A stretch of 64,000 nt of DNA, taken from positions 397,325-461,324 of the forward strand of contig PAUB01000001.1 in assembly GCA_002713695.1 (NCBI GenBank). The letters are read 5' to 3'. The notes beneath the pieces are model-generated. The model saw nothing but the letters and a program-made list of their open reading frames with translations, had not been told where the DNA came from and made no database searches. This document shows, piece after piece, positions 16,850-26,284 of the stretch (its first letter is position 1; every line of letters begins with the position of its first letter). This DNA is from Opitutaceae bacterium (GTDB taxonomy: Bacteria > Verrucomicrobiota > Verrucomicrobiia > Opitutales > Opitutaceae). Both the position numbers and the translations under genes were made by a program.

Positions 16850-19129
16850 CTATGGATGGCCCGGTTCCGTTGGGACATACAGTTGAAATGAGCTGACTTG
16901 GGCCGGTTGCGGCAAAGGCCCGAGAGTCAGCGTGTGCAGCCCGGGCCCAATCAGCTGAAGCGGCAGAATGGCACGCCCGTTGGTGTTGATTTTGATGTCT
17001 TGCACGGCATCACGGTCGAAAGCTGCGGGCAGGTAAACGGGCAGGTCATCTGGGGCGAACTGCAACTCGATGATGATGGGCTGGGTCGACCGACTGAAAA
17101 ACTTGATCTCAGTCCTCTGAAACAAGGTGCGGGAAAGAGGCAGACCGCGTTTCTTCATGAAGTCCTTCGGGAAGCCATTCAGCATGGGGAAAGTGTCGCT
17201 ATCGAAGAATGGTTCAAGATGGTTCTCAATCACCTCGAAGTCACCGGAGACATATAGCTTAGGCTTGGTAGGTATTGATTCCGACCGGTCAAAGATGTCG
17301 ATATAGCGCAGATTCCGCACGACCAAGTCAGATTCATAAACCACTTCCTGATTTCCGACGTCGGTGAAGAAAACGAATTTTTGATAGAATTTTGGTAACC
17401 CCAGTCTCACTGGGCTCAATAGCACCATCGCATTGGCCATGGCGGTAAAAGAGGGGGTTTCGGTGGACAGCACCATGGAGTGGGACTCGCCCAAGCGGGA
17501 AATTTCTGCCCGGTCCTTTAGACTGTCGGAGGTGTATTGCGCATCAATGGAGTGATTGTCGTAGGCGAACTGGTAATGTTTCAGGTCGTTCTGGACAAAA
17601 TGCACCAGCAAGGGAGCCAGCATGGCGAGTAGAACGAGCCGCCCGGTTGTGGCCCGCCACGTGTGGTCATGCCCGGCCACCACCCACGGCAGCACGCATA
17701 CGGCGGCCAGAGGCACGAAGGCGAAGATCGCCAGAGCCCGGAACAGTTCGTAGTCACTTTTAAAAATCCCCAGCAAGCCAAGCCCGAGGATCAGAAGGAA
17801 ACTGAGGAGATAGGGCAATAACCGGTGCCAAGGCCGTCGCAGCAAGTTCGCCCCGATAAAAAAAACGAGCAGTATGACAAAACCCCAAACGTAGGGCTTT
17901 TCCCCGGCTAGTAGTGGCTGCGGCGGGATCATATTCAGATTGAGAGCCGGCCAGACATAATCGATTTTGGACAGAAAGTGAAGTTGCGATCTGTCACTTC
18001 CCTGCAGTGCGTTGCTAGGTGCGGGGGAGAGCACGGCGAGCAGCCGCGCAAATGTGGTGGAGAACAGCACCCGGCCAAACGGTGCGACCAATATCAAAGT
18101 GGTGACCACGGTCAGAGCTCCATTACCCAGTAGCCGGAGCAACCGGCGGCGCTGCCACGCAGTCCACATAAGGAAGGGAGTTACGACAGCGAGAACGCCG
18201 ACTAGGGCGAGTTCCCCGTCCGGAAATAACAGCGTTTGAGCGGCGAGGACCAGACCCACATAGATGGCCGAACGCCACGTGGTGACTGGCCGCACCGCGA
18301 GCATGATCAGCGGATAGAACGGTAGAGCCAACACATTGGCGAAAAACGTGTGACTACTCAGCATCCAGACCGGCATCGCCAAGGTGCCCATGATGGCAAA
18401 TCCCGTACTGGCCCAGAGCGGCAGCCGCAGCAGCGACCGACCGAAGACGACCAGCGCCAGATAGAACAGGGCTAGCCCCGTGATCAGCAAGGGGGAGAAA
18501 ACCTCGTGAGTGGAGAGACCGAGGAGCCCGGCCAGTCCGGCCAGTGATGACATCGTGCCGGGTTTTTCGGTAAACGAGCGCTCGTGGAAATGGCGCAGAT
18601 CCTCGGTGAGAAAGCCCGACACTCCATCATAGGGCCCCACAGTAGGCACGATGCCTGTACCGTGACTGGCGATGTTTTCGGCCATGCGCATATACATGTA
18701 GCCGTCGCTCCCAGCGTAATGCCAGAACACAAGATCGGGATTTTGGACGAAGGGGCGGAAGTTGATCTCTAACACCACTACGAGACCGACGGCCACGAGT
18801 CCGCTCGAGAGGGTGCAACGCCAGCCGGGACGGAAGGGGAAACGCCGGGGCGCGGAGCGCCACCAAAGCAGGAGCACGGTGAGCCAGAGGGCCCCGAGCA
18901 ACAACCAGAACCAGGGAATGGATGTGACTATTGGTCGCGAGGTGGCGTAGAAGAAACCGGTGAAGACAGTGAAGACGGCCAGGCCGGTCACCGGTGCGAG
19001 CAGGAGCCGCGCGGAAACCCGCCACCGCCCGGGCGGGCGATCAATGCGCGTCAGCAGCAGCAGATTCACGGGCAGACCCAGTATCCCGAACAGAGCGAGG
19101 ATTTCCAACGTTCGAAGGATGACAGTCAT
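16850..19129 (-). CDS. Large polytopic membrane protein (putative GT-C-type glycosyltransferase or polymerase) with ~230-aa C-terminal soluble domain
   Basis: 759 aa with more than 12 hydrophobic segments. The loop motif 'HYAGSDGYMYMRMAENIASHG' follows the third or fourth TM. It has the same architecture as the 945-aa protein. Confidence 0.5.
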   Translation of the reverse strand: MTVILRTLEILALFGILGLPVNLLLLTRIDRPPGRWRVSARLLLAPVTGLAVFTVFTGFFYATSRPIVTSIPWFWLLLGALWLTVLLLWWRSAPRRFPFRPGWRCTLSSGLVAVGLVVVLEINFRPFVQNPDLVFWHYAGSDGYMYMRMAENIASHGTGIVPTVGPYDGVSGFLTEDLRHFHERSFTEKPGTMSSLAGLAGLLGLSTHEVFSPLLITGLALFYLALVVFGRSLLRLPLWASTGFAIMGTLAMPVWMLSSHTFFANVLALPFYPLIMLAVRPVTTWRSAIYVGLVLAAQTLLFPDGELALVGVLAVVTPFLMWTAWQRRRLLRLLGNGALTVVTTLILVAPFGRVLFSTTFARLLAVLSPAPSNALQGSDRSQLHFLSKIDYVWPALNLNMIPPQPLLAGEKPYVWGFVILLVFFIGANLLRRPWHRLLPYLLSFLLILGLGLLGIFKSDYELFRALAIFAFVPLAAVCVLPWVVAGHDHTWRATTGRLVLLAMLAPLLVHFVQNDLKHYQFAYDNHSIDAQYTSDSLKDRAEISRLGESHSMVLSTETPSFTAMANAMVLLSPVRLGLPKFYQKFVFFTDVGNQEVVYESDLVVRNLRYIDIFDRSESIPTKPKLYVSGDFEVIENHLEPFFDSDTFPMLNGFPKDFMKKRGLPLSRTLFQRTEIKFFSRSTQPIIIELQFAPDDLPVYLPAAFDRDAVQDIKINTNGRAILPLQLIGPGLHTLTLGPLPQPAQVSSFQLYVPTEPGHP

Positions 19130-19160
19130 ATGCGGGTCTCTTCAAACGAGGCTGGCGGTG

Positions 19161-20108
19161 TCAGGCGGGACGGTCAAAACCGGCGCTGTGCTCCACAATG
19201 AACTTGGGGCGGGAGCGCACTTCTTCATAAATCCGGCCGATATATTCGCCGAGGATACCTACGCTAATCAACTGGATGCCACCGAGGAATGAGATGATGA
19301 TTACCAAGGTTGGGTTGCCCCATAGAATTGTCCAACCCATGAACTTGTATAAAAGATATATGGCCATGAGGAGAAAGGAAAGGGTGGCGATAATGAAGCC
19401 CATGATCGTGCTAAGCTGGAGTGCGTAGGTGGAGAAACAGAATATACCGTTGAAGCCGATGCGTAGCGAACCGAAGAAGCGGTTGTAATTGGTTTCTCCC
19501 GTGTGCCGTGTTGGCCGATCGAAGGGGATGATGATTTGCTTGAACCCCACTACTGCGACCATGCCACGCAAAAAGCCGTGAGATTCCTTGAGTTTAACCA
19601 GTTCGTTTACCACCCGGCGCGACATTAATCGGAAATCGCCGATGTTAGGGGGGATTTGCACGTCAGCAATCTTGTTGATGACCTTGTAGCCGACTGCGGA
19701 TACAACCTTTTTGATCCAAGGCTCACCCGTTCTTTGGCGGCGCTGAGGCAGCACCACATCGTAACCCGCGCGCCACTGGGCTACCATATCCGTCACGAGT
19801 TCAGGTGGATCCTGCATATCCACGTCCATCACGATAGCCGCTTCACCAGTTGAATACTGCATGCCGGCCATTGTGGCCATCGGTTGGCCGAACCGTCGTG
19901 AAAATTTCAGTAGCTTGATTCGCTCGTCGCTAGCGCGGGCCTCAAGGATGACGTCTTCTGTCCGGTCTGGTGAAGGGTCGAGAGCGAAAATAATTTCGTA
20001 GTTCTCAGTACTGGCGCTTAGCACCGGCCGGATCTGGCGTAGAAACTCTGGGATATTCTTTTCTTCCCGAAAAACTGGGACGATAACAGATAAGAGGACA
20101 GGATTCAT
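19161..20108 (-). CDS. GT2 polyprenyl-phosphate glycosyltransferase (GtrB/ArnC/DPM1-like) with two C-terminal TM helices
   Basis: 'LSVIVPVFREEKNIPEF', 'IVMDVDMQDPPE' (DxD) and a C-terminal hydrophobic pair; 315 aa. Confidence 0.8.
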   Translation of the reverse strand: MNPVLLSVIVPVFREEKNIPEFLRQIRPVLSASTENYEIIFALDPSPDRTEDVILEARASDERIKLLKFSRRFGQPMATMAGMQYSTGEAAIVMDVDMQDPPELVTDMVAQWRAGYDVVLPQRRQRTGEPWIKKVVSAVGYKVINKIADVQIPPNIGDFRLMSRRVVNELVKLKESHGFLRGMVAVVGFKQIIIPFDRPTRHTGETNYNRFFGSLRIGFNGIFCFSTYALQLSTIMGFIIATLSFLLMAIYLLYKFMGWTILWGNPTLVIIISFLGGIQLISVGILGEYIGRIYEEVRSRPKFIVEHSAGFDRPA

Positions 20109-22942
20109 GAAGCGGGAGTGATCTTGATGGCTTTCAGCAGCACGGTTACTGGCCGATTATCCGGAGCTGGTAAAGACTGGGTGCAGTCAAATCGCAGTTC
20201 AATCTTAACTTGCTGTGCGGCTGTCGGGAGTAGTGCTTCCAAGTTTACTGTGCCGGCTGTAAGGTCCTTAGTTAATAGGCTGTGTCCATTCGCAAGCAAC
20301 TCGACCCTGTTAGTGGCAGGAGACTGGCCAGGTATTTGAGGCAGTAGCGCCTGAACAGTGATCTTATCTCCAGGATTGACTGGCCCAAGCACGACGAAAG
20401 TGTGGTGCGACCCCCATCCATCCTCATAGATGCCAGAATATTCGAGGTTATTTAGCGTGAGCAGATCGTTTGGAAAGCGTGAAATCTCCTGCGGGAGTTT
20501 GCGCGACTGATAGGCATCCTCGTCGATGGCAGATATGTCTCGGCAATACCCCAATGCAAGTCGTGTATCCAGAGATAGATTCTGATTGTAGATTCCTTGT
20601 AGATTACGTGCAGGCAGGCCTAAGGGGATAGGAGGCCGACCGAGATCGATTGCAATGTAGGCGGCTCCGTTGATCCATGTTGGTTCCACCGGAGGGGAAT
20701 ACACATTGGCGCTGCCGGATCCGACGAAACCGAGTCTGGCAGCATCATCTACTCCGAAACGAACCAGGGCATCTTCTGGTAGCTGAGTCCGGCCTTGTCC
20801 GAGAACCGTGGTCGACATGGATAGGCGCAGCCGGATTTTTTTCGTGGGATTGAGGACACGCATGAGCAGATGTCGTCCGATAGCGAAAAATTGCTCTTCT
20901 GGTTTAAATACGTCCGCTTGCGACCTATAGACAGCAATATGTCCGGCGGCTCCCAAGTAGTAGTGTTGGCCTTCTTGGGATTGGACGAATACTAGATGGT
21001 TTCTCAGATCGAGTAGCTGCGCGTAAGTGAATAATCCGTTGGAGGCGAGGAATGGTCTGTCCCCAAGCTTGTTGAAGGCCCGAAGCTCGGCTTGCGAAGT
21101 GATGAGAAGATCTTCCGCATGAGGTGAGCGATCTGCTGTGCGAGGGGCCCAAAAATGCAGTCCTAGCACTTGGTTCTTACTGTAGACTTCGGTTAGGATA
21201 TACTGTCCCACAGCCGTGACTGTGTCGGCCGTCGCGTCTCCAGGAGTCATGCGCCAAACCCAAGATGGATACGGCTTTGAGGTACGTCCCATAATGTTCG
21301 CGATAACTAATTGGCTCAGAAATACTGGCTGTGCATCTTGTCCCTCAAGCATCAATAGCTTGTTGATTGGTGCGCTCGCGGTATCTGACCAAGCTGGCCT
21401 GTCGGGTAGGACACCGCGTGACTGGGAAGCATTCAGTAGTTCACCTTCGACACTCCTTTCAAGATGGGTGAACGAGTAAGTGTAACGCCAAGTCCCCGTA
21501 ATCCACACTGCCAGCAAGAGGACGTATAACACGAGAAGGGTTCGTCGGTGTCGACAAGCTACGGCCTTTCGCGTGAGTTCCAATATGAGAAAAGGCAGGG
21601 CGAACATGGCTAGCTTGAACAATCCGAAGCCATTGCTGGTATAAAAAAGCAATGCCCCGATTGGTGCCATGGATACTAGCAAGGCAGCTGGCACGGTGAA
21701 GTTACGGCGCCAGGACAGCATAAGTGCGAGTGTGCTTACTGCAGCGGCTAATCCGCCAACCAGCGCGAATGATGTCCAAGGTTCCGCGTAGCGGGTGACA
21801 AAAACATCGAAACCAAAGAAAAACGCCGGACCTGACGGCATCAGGAAATAAGGAAAAAGAGAGATGCGAGCTATCGTGGACGCCGAGGATTGAGCGTTCA
21901 ATCCATCGGCCGCCTGACCTAGCAGTGTCAGGCTGGTGCTGAGGGCATTATGCCGAAGTAGCAGGAAAACAATGACTAGTGCGGCAGCAGCTGTGGGTAA
22001 CATGCCGGGGAAGCCTCGTCGCCGCGACCTCATCTGCACGATCATGTATAGTATCCAACCTAGAACCAAAAATGGAAGGACCTCGGGATAATAGATGCAC
22101 AATGCGGCAATCAAGATAGCACTCGCTCCAGCGAGTCGCACCCGTCCTCCACGCGAAGAAGGAAAGCGGGTGCGCGCGATCAGAACTAAAATGGCGGCTA
22201 GCAAGCCCAAGCCGGCAACTTGGGCAATGAGCTGATACATAATTCCTACATGCCACAGCGGTGCGACTCCGAGGGTGACGGCCGTAATCAAACCAATGAG
22301 ACGCCCGGCAATCGTTGCGCTAGCCAGTGCAATGATGGCGGTCAACTGGGTTAAGCAAAATGCCAAGAGGGTAGGCATGAAGATGGCGATGGGCTTCAGA
22401 TCAAAGATACCTGCCACGTAGGCCAACATATGCTCGCTGCCGAAACGCATCAGTCCTGCGACATAAAACATCCAATAAAGTTGAGGATAATCCTTACCAT
22501 CCAGATCGACCGGCTGGGGGACATCATAGAATCCGTGGTGGAGAAACCGTTCAGCCCCCAGACAGTAATTGGTCATGTCGTCGTTGCCATAGCCTACCCA
22601 AGTCCAGCCGTAGATCAGCAGGGGCCAGCCACTTAGGAGTAAGACTGCGAGAAGAATAGTGACTGTCTTGCCTAGACCTATTGGGGCGCAGATTCTCTTC
22701 CATATGAGTATTCCGATTCCTATCACACTTGTGGCGGCGAATAACCAGTGCGCAAAGGAGTCAAAGGGCAGACCAGCCTGATTCAGGAGCATGCCTAAAA
22801 GACTCAGTGCCGCCATGCCGAATGTAGGTGCGAGTAACCAGCTGCGTGTGCGGCCACACCTCAGACCAAGTAGAATCTGAAGTACCTGTCCAGTGAGCGT
22901 AAAATGCCCGAACAGCACCAAGGTTAGTAGTAATGGCAGCAT
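20105..22942 (-). CDS. Large polytopic membrane protein (putative GT-C-type glycosyltransferase or polymerase) with ~440-aa C-terminal soluble domain
   Basis: 945 aa. The loop motif 'GYGNDDMTNYCLGAERFLHHGF' follows early TMs, and the N-terminal ~500 aa are hydrophobic. The C-terminal half is soluble and ends in a beta-sandwich-like segment. The stop overlaps the downstream GT2 start. Confidence 0.5.
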   Translation of the reverse strand: MLPLLLTLVLFGHFTLTGQVLQILLGLRCGRTRSWLLAPTFGMAALSLLGMLLNQAGLPFDSFAHWLFAATSVIGIGILIWKRICAPIGLGKTVTILLAVLLLSGWPLLIYGWTWVGYGNDDMTNYCLGAERFLHHGFYDVPQPVDLDGKDYPQLYWMFYVAGLMRFGSEHMLAYVAGIFDLKPIAIFMPTLLAFCLTQLTAIIALASATIAGRLIGLITAVTLGVAPLWHVGIMYQLIAQVAGLGLLAAILVLIARTRFPSSRGGRVRLAGASAILIAALCIYYPEVLPFLVLGWILYMIVQMRSRRRGFPGMLPTAAAALVIVFLLLRHNALSTSLTLLGQAADGLNAQSSASTIARISLFPYFLMPSGPAFFFGFDVFVTRYAEPWTSFALVGGLAAAVSTLALMLSWRRNFTVPAALLVSMAPIGALLFYTSNGFGLFKLAMFALPFLILELTRKAVACRHRRTLLVLYVLLLAVWITGTWRYTYSFTHLERSVEGELLNASQSRGVLPDRPAWSDTASAPINKLLMLEGQDAQPVFLSQLVIANIMGRTSKPYPSWVWRMTPGDATADTVTAVGQYILTEVYSKNQVLGLHFWAPRTADRSPHAEDLLITSQAELRAFNKLGDRPFLASNGLFTYAQLLDLRNHLVFVQSQEGQHYYLGAAGHIAVYRSQADVFKPEEQFFAIGRHLLMRVLNPTKKIRLRLSMSTTVLGQGRTQLPEDALVRFGVDDAARLGFVGSGSANVYSPPVEPTWINGAAYIAIDLGRPPIPLGLPARNLQGIYNQNLSLDTRLALGYCRDISAIDEDAYQSRKLPQEISRFPNDLLTLNNLEYSGIYEDGWGSHHTFVVLGPVNPGDKITVQALLPQIPGQSPATNRVELLANGHSLLTKDLTAGTVNLEALLPTAAQQVKIELRFDCTQSLPAPDNRPVTVLLKAIKITPAS

Positions 22943-22945
22943 GGT

Positions 22946-25900
22946 TTAGTAACGCATCCCATGTCGATGCAGCCACTCAATCATGGCACTGCGGTTGATT
23001 TCGTCGTTAAGGTGTTTGAGTATCTCCTTCGGAGGAACTTGGCGCTCATGTGTGCGGCGGCGCAGCTGTGTCATTTCATTTTCGCCTACCGATTGGATTT
23101 TAGCGCTGGTTTTTTGTTCACCGTGTGACCGGAAACATCCGAGGAAGTAGGGTAGACGGCGGATGTTGCAACCGGCTTCCTCGAAACGGAGGAGGAGATC
23201 CCAATCGAGTGCGAACTGAAACGAATCGTCGAGCCCACCGATTTCCTGATAATGACGCGCCCGCCAGAACATCGTTTCCTGTGGCACGAGGTCGAACCAT
23301 TTGAGCGTGTCCGAATGGTATCTGGGGAGAAACCAGCGCCCGATTTCGCGATCCTGTTCATCGATGATTACGCGATGGCCGTAGATTACATCTACTTCTG
23401 GATGGCGGGCAAAATAGTTGCCGACGAAATGGAGAGTGCCCGGCATCAGTATGTCGTCGGAGTTTAACCATCCCATGATGTCATCGGAGGTCGGGTGAAG
23501 TTGGGCGAAGCCGCGACGTATCGCGTCCGACTGACCTTTGTCAGGCGCGCTTTCGGCATGTGATAACCGTGAAATATGGCGGTTGATTATCGTAGTGCTT
23601 TCGTCAGTGGACCCACCATCCTGCACTCCATAGGCTAGATTGGGATAATTCTGGTCGAGCACGCTCAGCATGGTCCGCTCAAGGAATTGCCCTTGTTGAT
23701 AAGAAGGAGTCGCAAGGCAGATTCGAGGCCATGTCGAAGGGCTTGCTTTTCGGGGAAATTTCTCCAGCTGTTGCGTTCGGGGATGATATTGCTGGAGTTT
23801 ACCCAAAGGGAATGGTGTGACATCGGCTAAACGGCCTTGCCAATTATTTAGCATCCGTTGCGCGAAAGAAGTGGCGGCCTTGCGTGACCTGAGCTTCTCC
23901 GCGTGTTCCAATTTGCTCAGACGGTTGTGCTTATGCTGCAACTGACGGCGGGTTACATCCAATTGACATCGCAGGTCGATAACCTCATCGGCGAGAGCGG
24001 GGAGGTCAGGGCTGCCCTTTATAGGGTCCTGAGTGAACTCGGTCAGGGAGCGTTTCGTTTGCCTCAAGGCGGTGTCGAGTTTCTGAATCAAGGTCAACCG
24101 CTCGGCGGCGGTGGCGTGAAGCTGGGTTATTTCCCTTTTCAGTTCTGTTCGGTGTGTGGTGGCATCTTCTATCAGTTCGAGGATTTTTTGCTCTTTGCTG
24201 ATTAATTCATCCGATTGATCTGCAGGGGCGGCCTCGGAGGTGTCATTGAGGCCAAGAACGATATTTTGGATGGTTTCATCCGATAATATTTGTGGGGGCA
24301 GTGGATCCAATTCGGCCGACAATCTCTGGAGCCACGGGATGGTTTCGTAAACTCGTGTGAATGGAGTCACGACAGTGCTAATCATCGCACATTCCACGAT
24401 CTCGGCGATCTTGGTCCAGAACCAAGCACATCGGCTGGCTTCCTCCGGTGCCATTGATTCCCATAAGGTTTCAGCGGCCCAATTGGCGGCAGGGGCCGGC
24501 AGGTCGACCGAAATGTCCCGGAGCTGCAGTTGGTGGGATGCCCAGGGCCAGTGCGTTGCGAGTGAAGGATGAGAGATATGTGTCTGCAGCATGCGCAACT
24601 GACGATAGGCGAGTACAGGTGTAGGTAGACAAGAGTCCGCGGCGACGTACTCAACGTCGAACAGACGGACTTTCGTGCCATCGGGAGAAGGAATTAGATT
24701 TTCCATGATCCAATCCGGTGACCACAGGCACCACGGCTTCGTTTGAATCTTGTTTAGCGAAGCCATGGCAAATGACTCCTGCTTCTCGACAAAGCTTAAA
24801 ACTCCGGCGGCATATGTAAGTAAACCGTTGAGCGAAAATTGGCTCTTCAGCTTTTCCACAAAACGCTCCCAGCTTCCTTGGCTGGCAAATGGGAGACAGT
24901 CCTGATACAGGCCGTAGTTATGACGCAGAGTCTGGCCAAGGAGTTTTTCGTATTCAGCAGCTGAGTTGGTGGCGGCACCAATGGAATGACGCAATGATTC
25001 CCAGAGGGTGGGGCATGATGAAATTTCCTGGGTCGTTGATTCGCAGTCGGCTGTGATGATCGGCGCGATGAATTCAGCTTTCGGGTTTCCGGGGGCGTGG
25101 GCAGGGAGCAGCGTTTCAGGCTCAAATTTCTTCCCCGAAAGAAACTTGCGCTGCACCAATCCTTGCTCAGGAAAAAATACGGCACCGATTGTCTGTGAAG
25201 GTTTCCGTCTCAGAGGGAAATAGTGAATTTGATCGGTTGCCATTTTGGCGTCACGGGCACCCGGTTTGGGGGAAACGATCAGGAAAGAATTTGCGAAATC
25301 TCCCGCGGTGCCCTCATCAGCAAGTGAGCGGAATACCGAAGGTTCGTCGAAATGATGGTCGCGTGGGCTGCGCCATGCGGGGGAGTTGTCGATGAGCCTA
25401 TCCGCTGCAAACCGCCAGTTGGGACGATCATCAGGAACGATGACCTTTGTGAATTTGTAATCTGGGAATGGATATTGAAAATGCGTATCCGGGTAACCCG
25501 CTTCATTGAACAGCCGGGTGATTTGCGGTCGAGAAAAGGTGCGAATTGCCGGACGCTTTTTATCAAGGGTTCGGTATCCTTCAAGTCCCACAGATGTTTG
25601 CCCGAAATGATCCTCGGGAGCGCCAGCAAAATATTTTAGACCTAGCCTGTTTTCAATGGTCACAACGCAGCGGCCGCCGGGTTTCAGTAACCGGAAGGCT
25701 TTTTTAAGCATCGTCACATAGGGCGAGGCCTCCTGGGAACCAGCGTAAATCGCAGCATATTCCAGCACTCCATTGAAAATCACCCAATCAAAATTGGGGC
25801 TCCCATCCAGCAAATAAAAATCAGTGCTGAGCAATGCGGAATGATATGGATTAACATGCTTTCGCAACAGCGAGGCGGCAGCTTGAGCTCGTGAGACCGA

Positions 25901-26284
25901 AGCTTCGATGGAAAGGGTTTGCGCACGGCTCCACAGATACTGACTGACAGGACCGCACCCGCTACCCACTTCAAGTACACGATCCGTGGAAACCAAGGGG
26001 AGGGATCGCAAGACGTTGGCCCGATCCGGGGACGTGTTGTATTCGAGAATGAATCGTTGTTCTTTGGTGAGAGGGTGCCTTTGCGCCCACGCGGCAAGCT
26101 GGTTTGGTTCTTGTTGGTTGTAATCAGTGATCAGGTCTTCCAGGCCGTCTGCATAATCTGCTGATGTTGCGAACGGGGTCACCAGCCAAAATGGCCCCGG
26201 AGGGCTTGATGGCAGTGGAGTCGCCGAAGTATCTGCGGGTTTTAGCAGGTCAAATTGAACGAAAGGATCAGGAGAGATAGTCAT
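22946..26284 (-). CDS. Multidomain protein: class I SAM methyltransferase, kinase-like region, ~125-aa coiled coil, GT2 glycosyltransferase (WbdD-like terminator fused to a GT)
   Basis: Methyltransferase motif I 'VLEVGSGCGPVSQYL' (aa ~103-117) and 'LKPGGRCVV'. Kinase-like catalytic-loop pattern 'SPDWIMENLI' (D-x4-N, aa 524-529) and 'RLFDVEY' (aa 540-546). Heptad-rich 'DELISKEQKILELIEDATTHRTELKREITQLHATAAERLTLIQKLDTALRQTKRSL...VIDLRCQLDVTRRQLQHKHNRLSKLEHAEKLRS' (aa ~690-815). GT2 'ICLATPSYQQGQFLERTMLSVLDQNYPN...VQDGGSTD...NSDD' (aa ~855-1060). Confidence 0.7.
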   Translation of the reverse strand: MTISPDPFVQFDLLKPADTSATPLPSSPPGPFWLVTPFATSADYADGLEDLITDYNQQEPNQLAAWAQRHPLTKEQRFILEYNTSPDRANVLRSLPLVSTDRVLEVGSGCGPVSQYLWSRAQTLSIEASVSRAQAAASLLRKHVNPYHSALLSTDFYLLDGSPNFDWVIFNGVLEYAAIYAGSQEASPYVTMLKKAFRLLKPGGRCVVTIENRLGLKYFAGAPEDHFGQTSVGLEGYRTLDKKRPAIRTFSRPQITRLFNEAGYPDTHFQYPFPDYKFTKVIVPDDRPNWRFAADRLIDNSPAWRSPRDHHFDEPSVFRSLADEGTAGDFANSFLIVSPKPGARDAKMATDQIHYFPLRRKPSQTIGAVFFPEQGLVQRKFLSGKKFEPETLLPAHAPGNPKAEFIAPIITADCESTTQEISSCPTLWESLRHSIGAATNSAAEYEKLLGQTLRHNYGLYQDCLPFASQGSWERFVEKLKSQFSLNGLLTYAAGVLSFVEKQESFAMASLNKIQTKPWCLWSPDWIMENLIPSPDGTKVRLFDVEYVAADSCLPTPVLAYRQLRMLQTHISHPSLATHWPWASHQLQLRDISVDLPAPAANWAAETLWESMAPEEASRCAWFWTKIAEIVECAMISTVVTPFTRVYETIPWLQRLSAELDPLPPQILSDETIQNIVLGLNDTSEAAPADQSDELISKEQKILELIEDATTHRTELKREITQLHATAAERLTLIQKLDTALRQTKRSLTEFTQDPIKGSPDLPALADEVIDLRCQLDVTRRQLQHKHNRLSKLEHAEKLRSRKAATSFAQRMLNNWQGRLADVTPFPLGKLQQYHPRTQQLEKFPRKASPSTWPRICLATPSYQQGQFLERTMLSVLDQNYPNLAYGVQDGGSTDESTTIINRHISRLSHAESAPDKGQSDAIRRGFAQLHPTSDDIMGWLNSDDILMPGTLHFVGNYFARHPEVDVIYGHRVIIDEQDREIGRWFLPRYHSDTLKWFDLVPQETMFWRARHYQEIGGLDDSFQFALDWDLLLRFEEAGCNIRRLPYFLGCFRSHGEQKTSAKIQSVGENEMTQLRRRTHERQVPPKEILKHLNDEINRSAMIEWLHRHGMRY

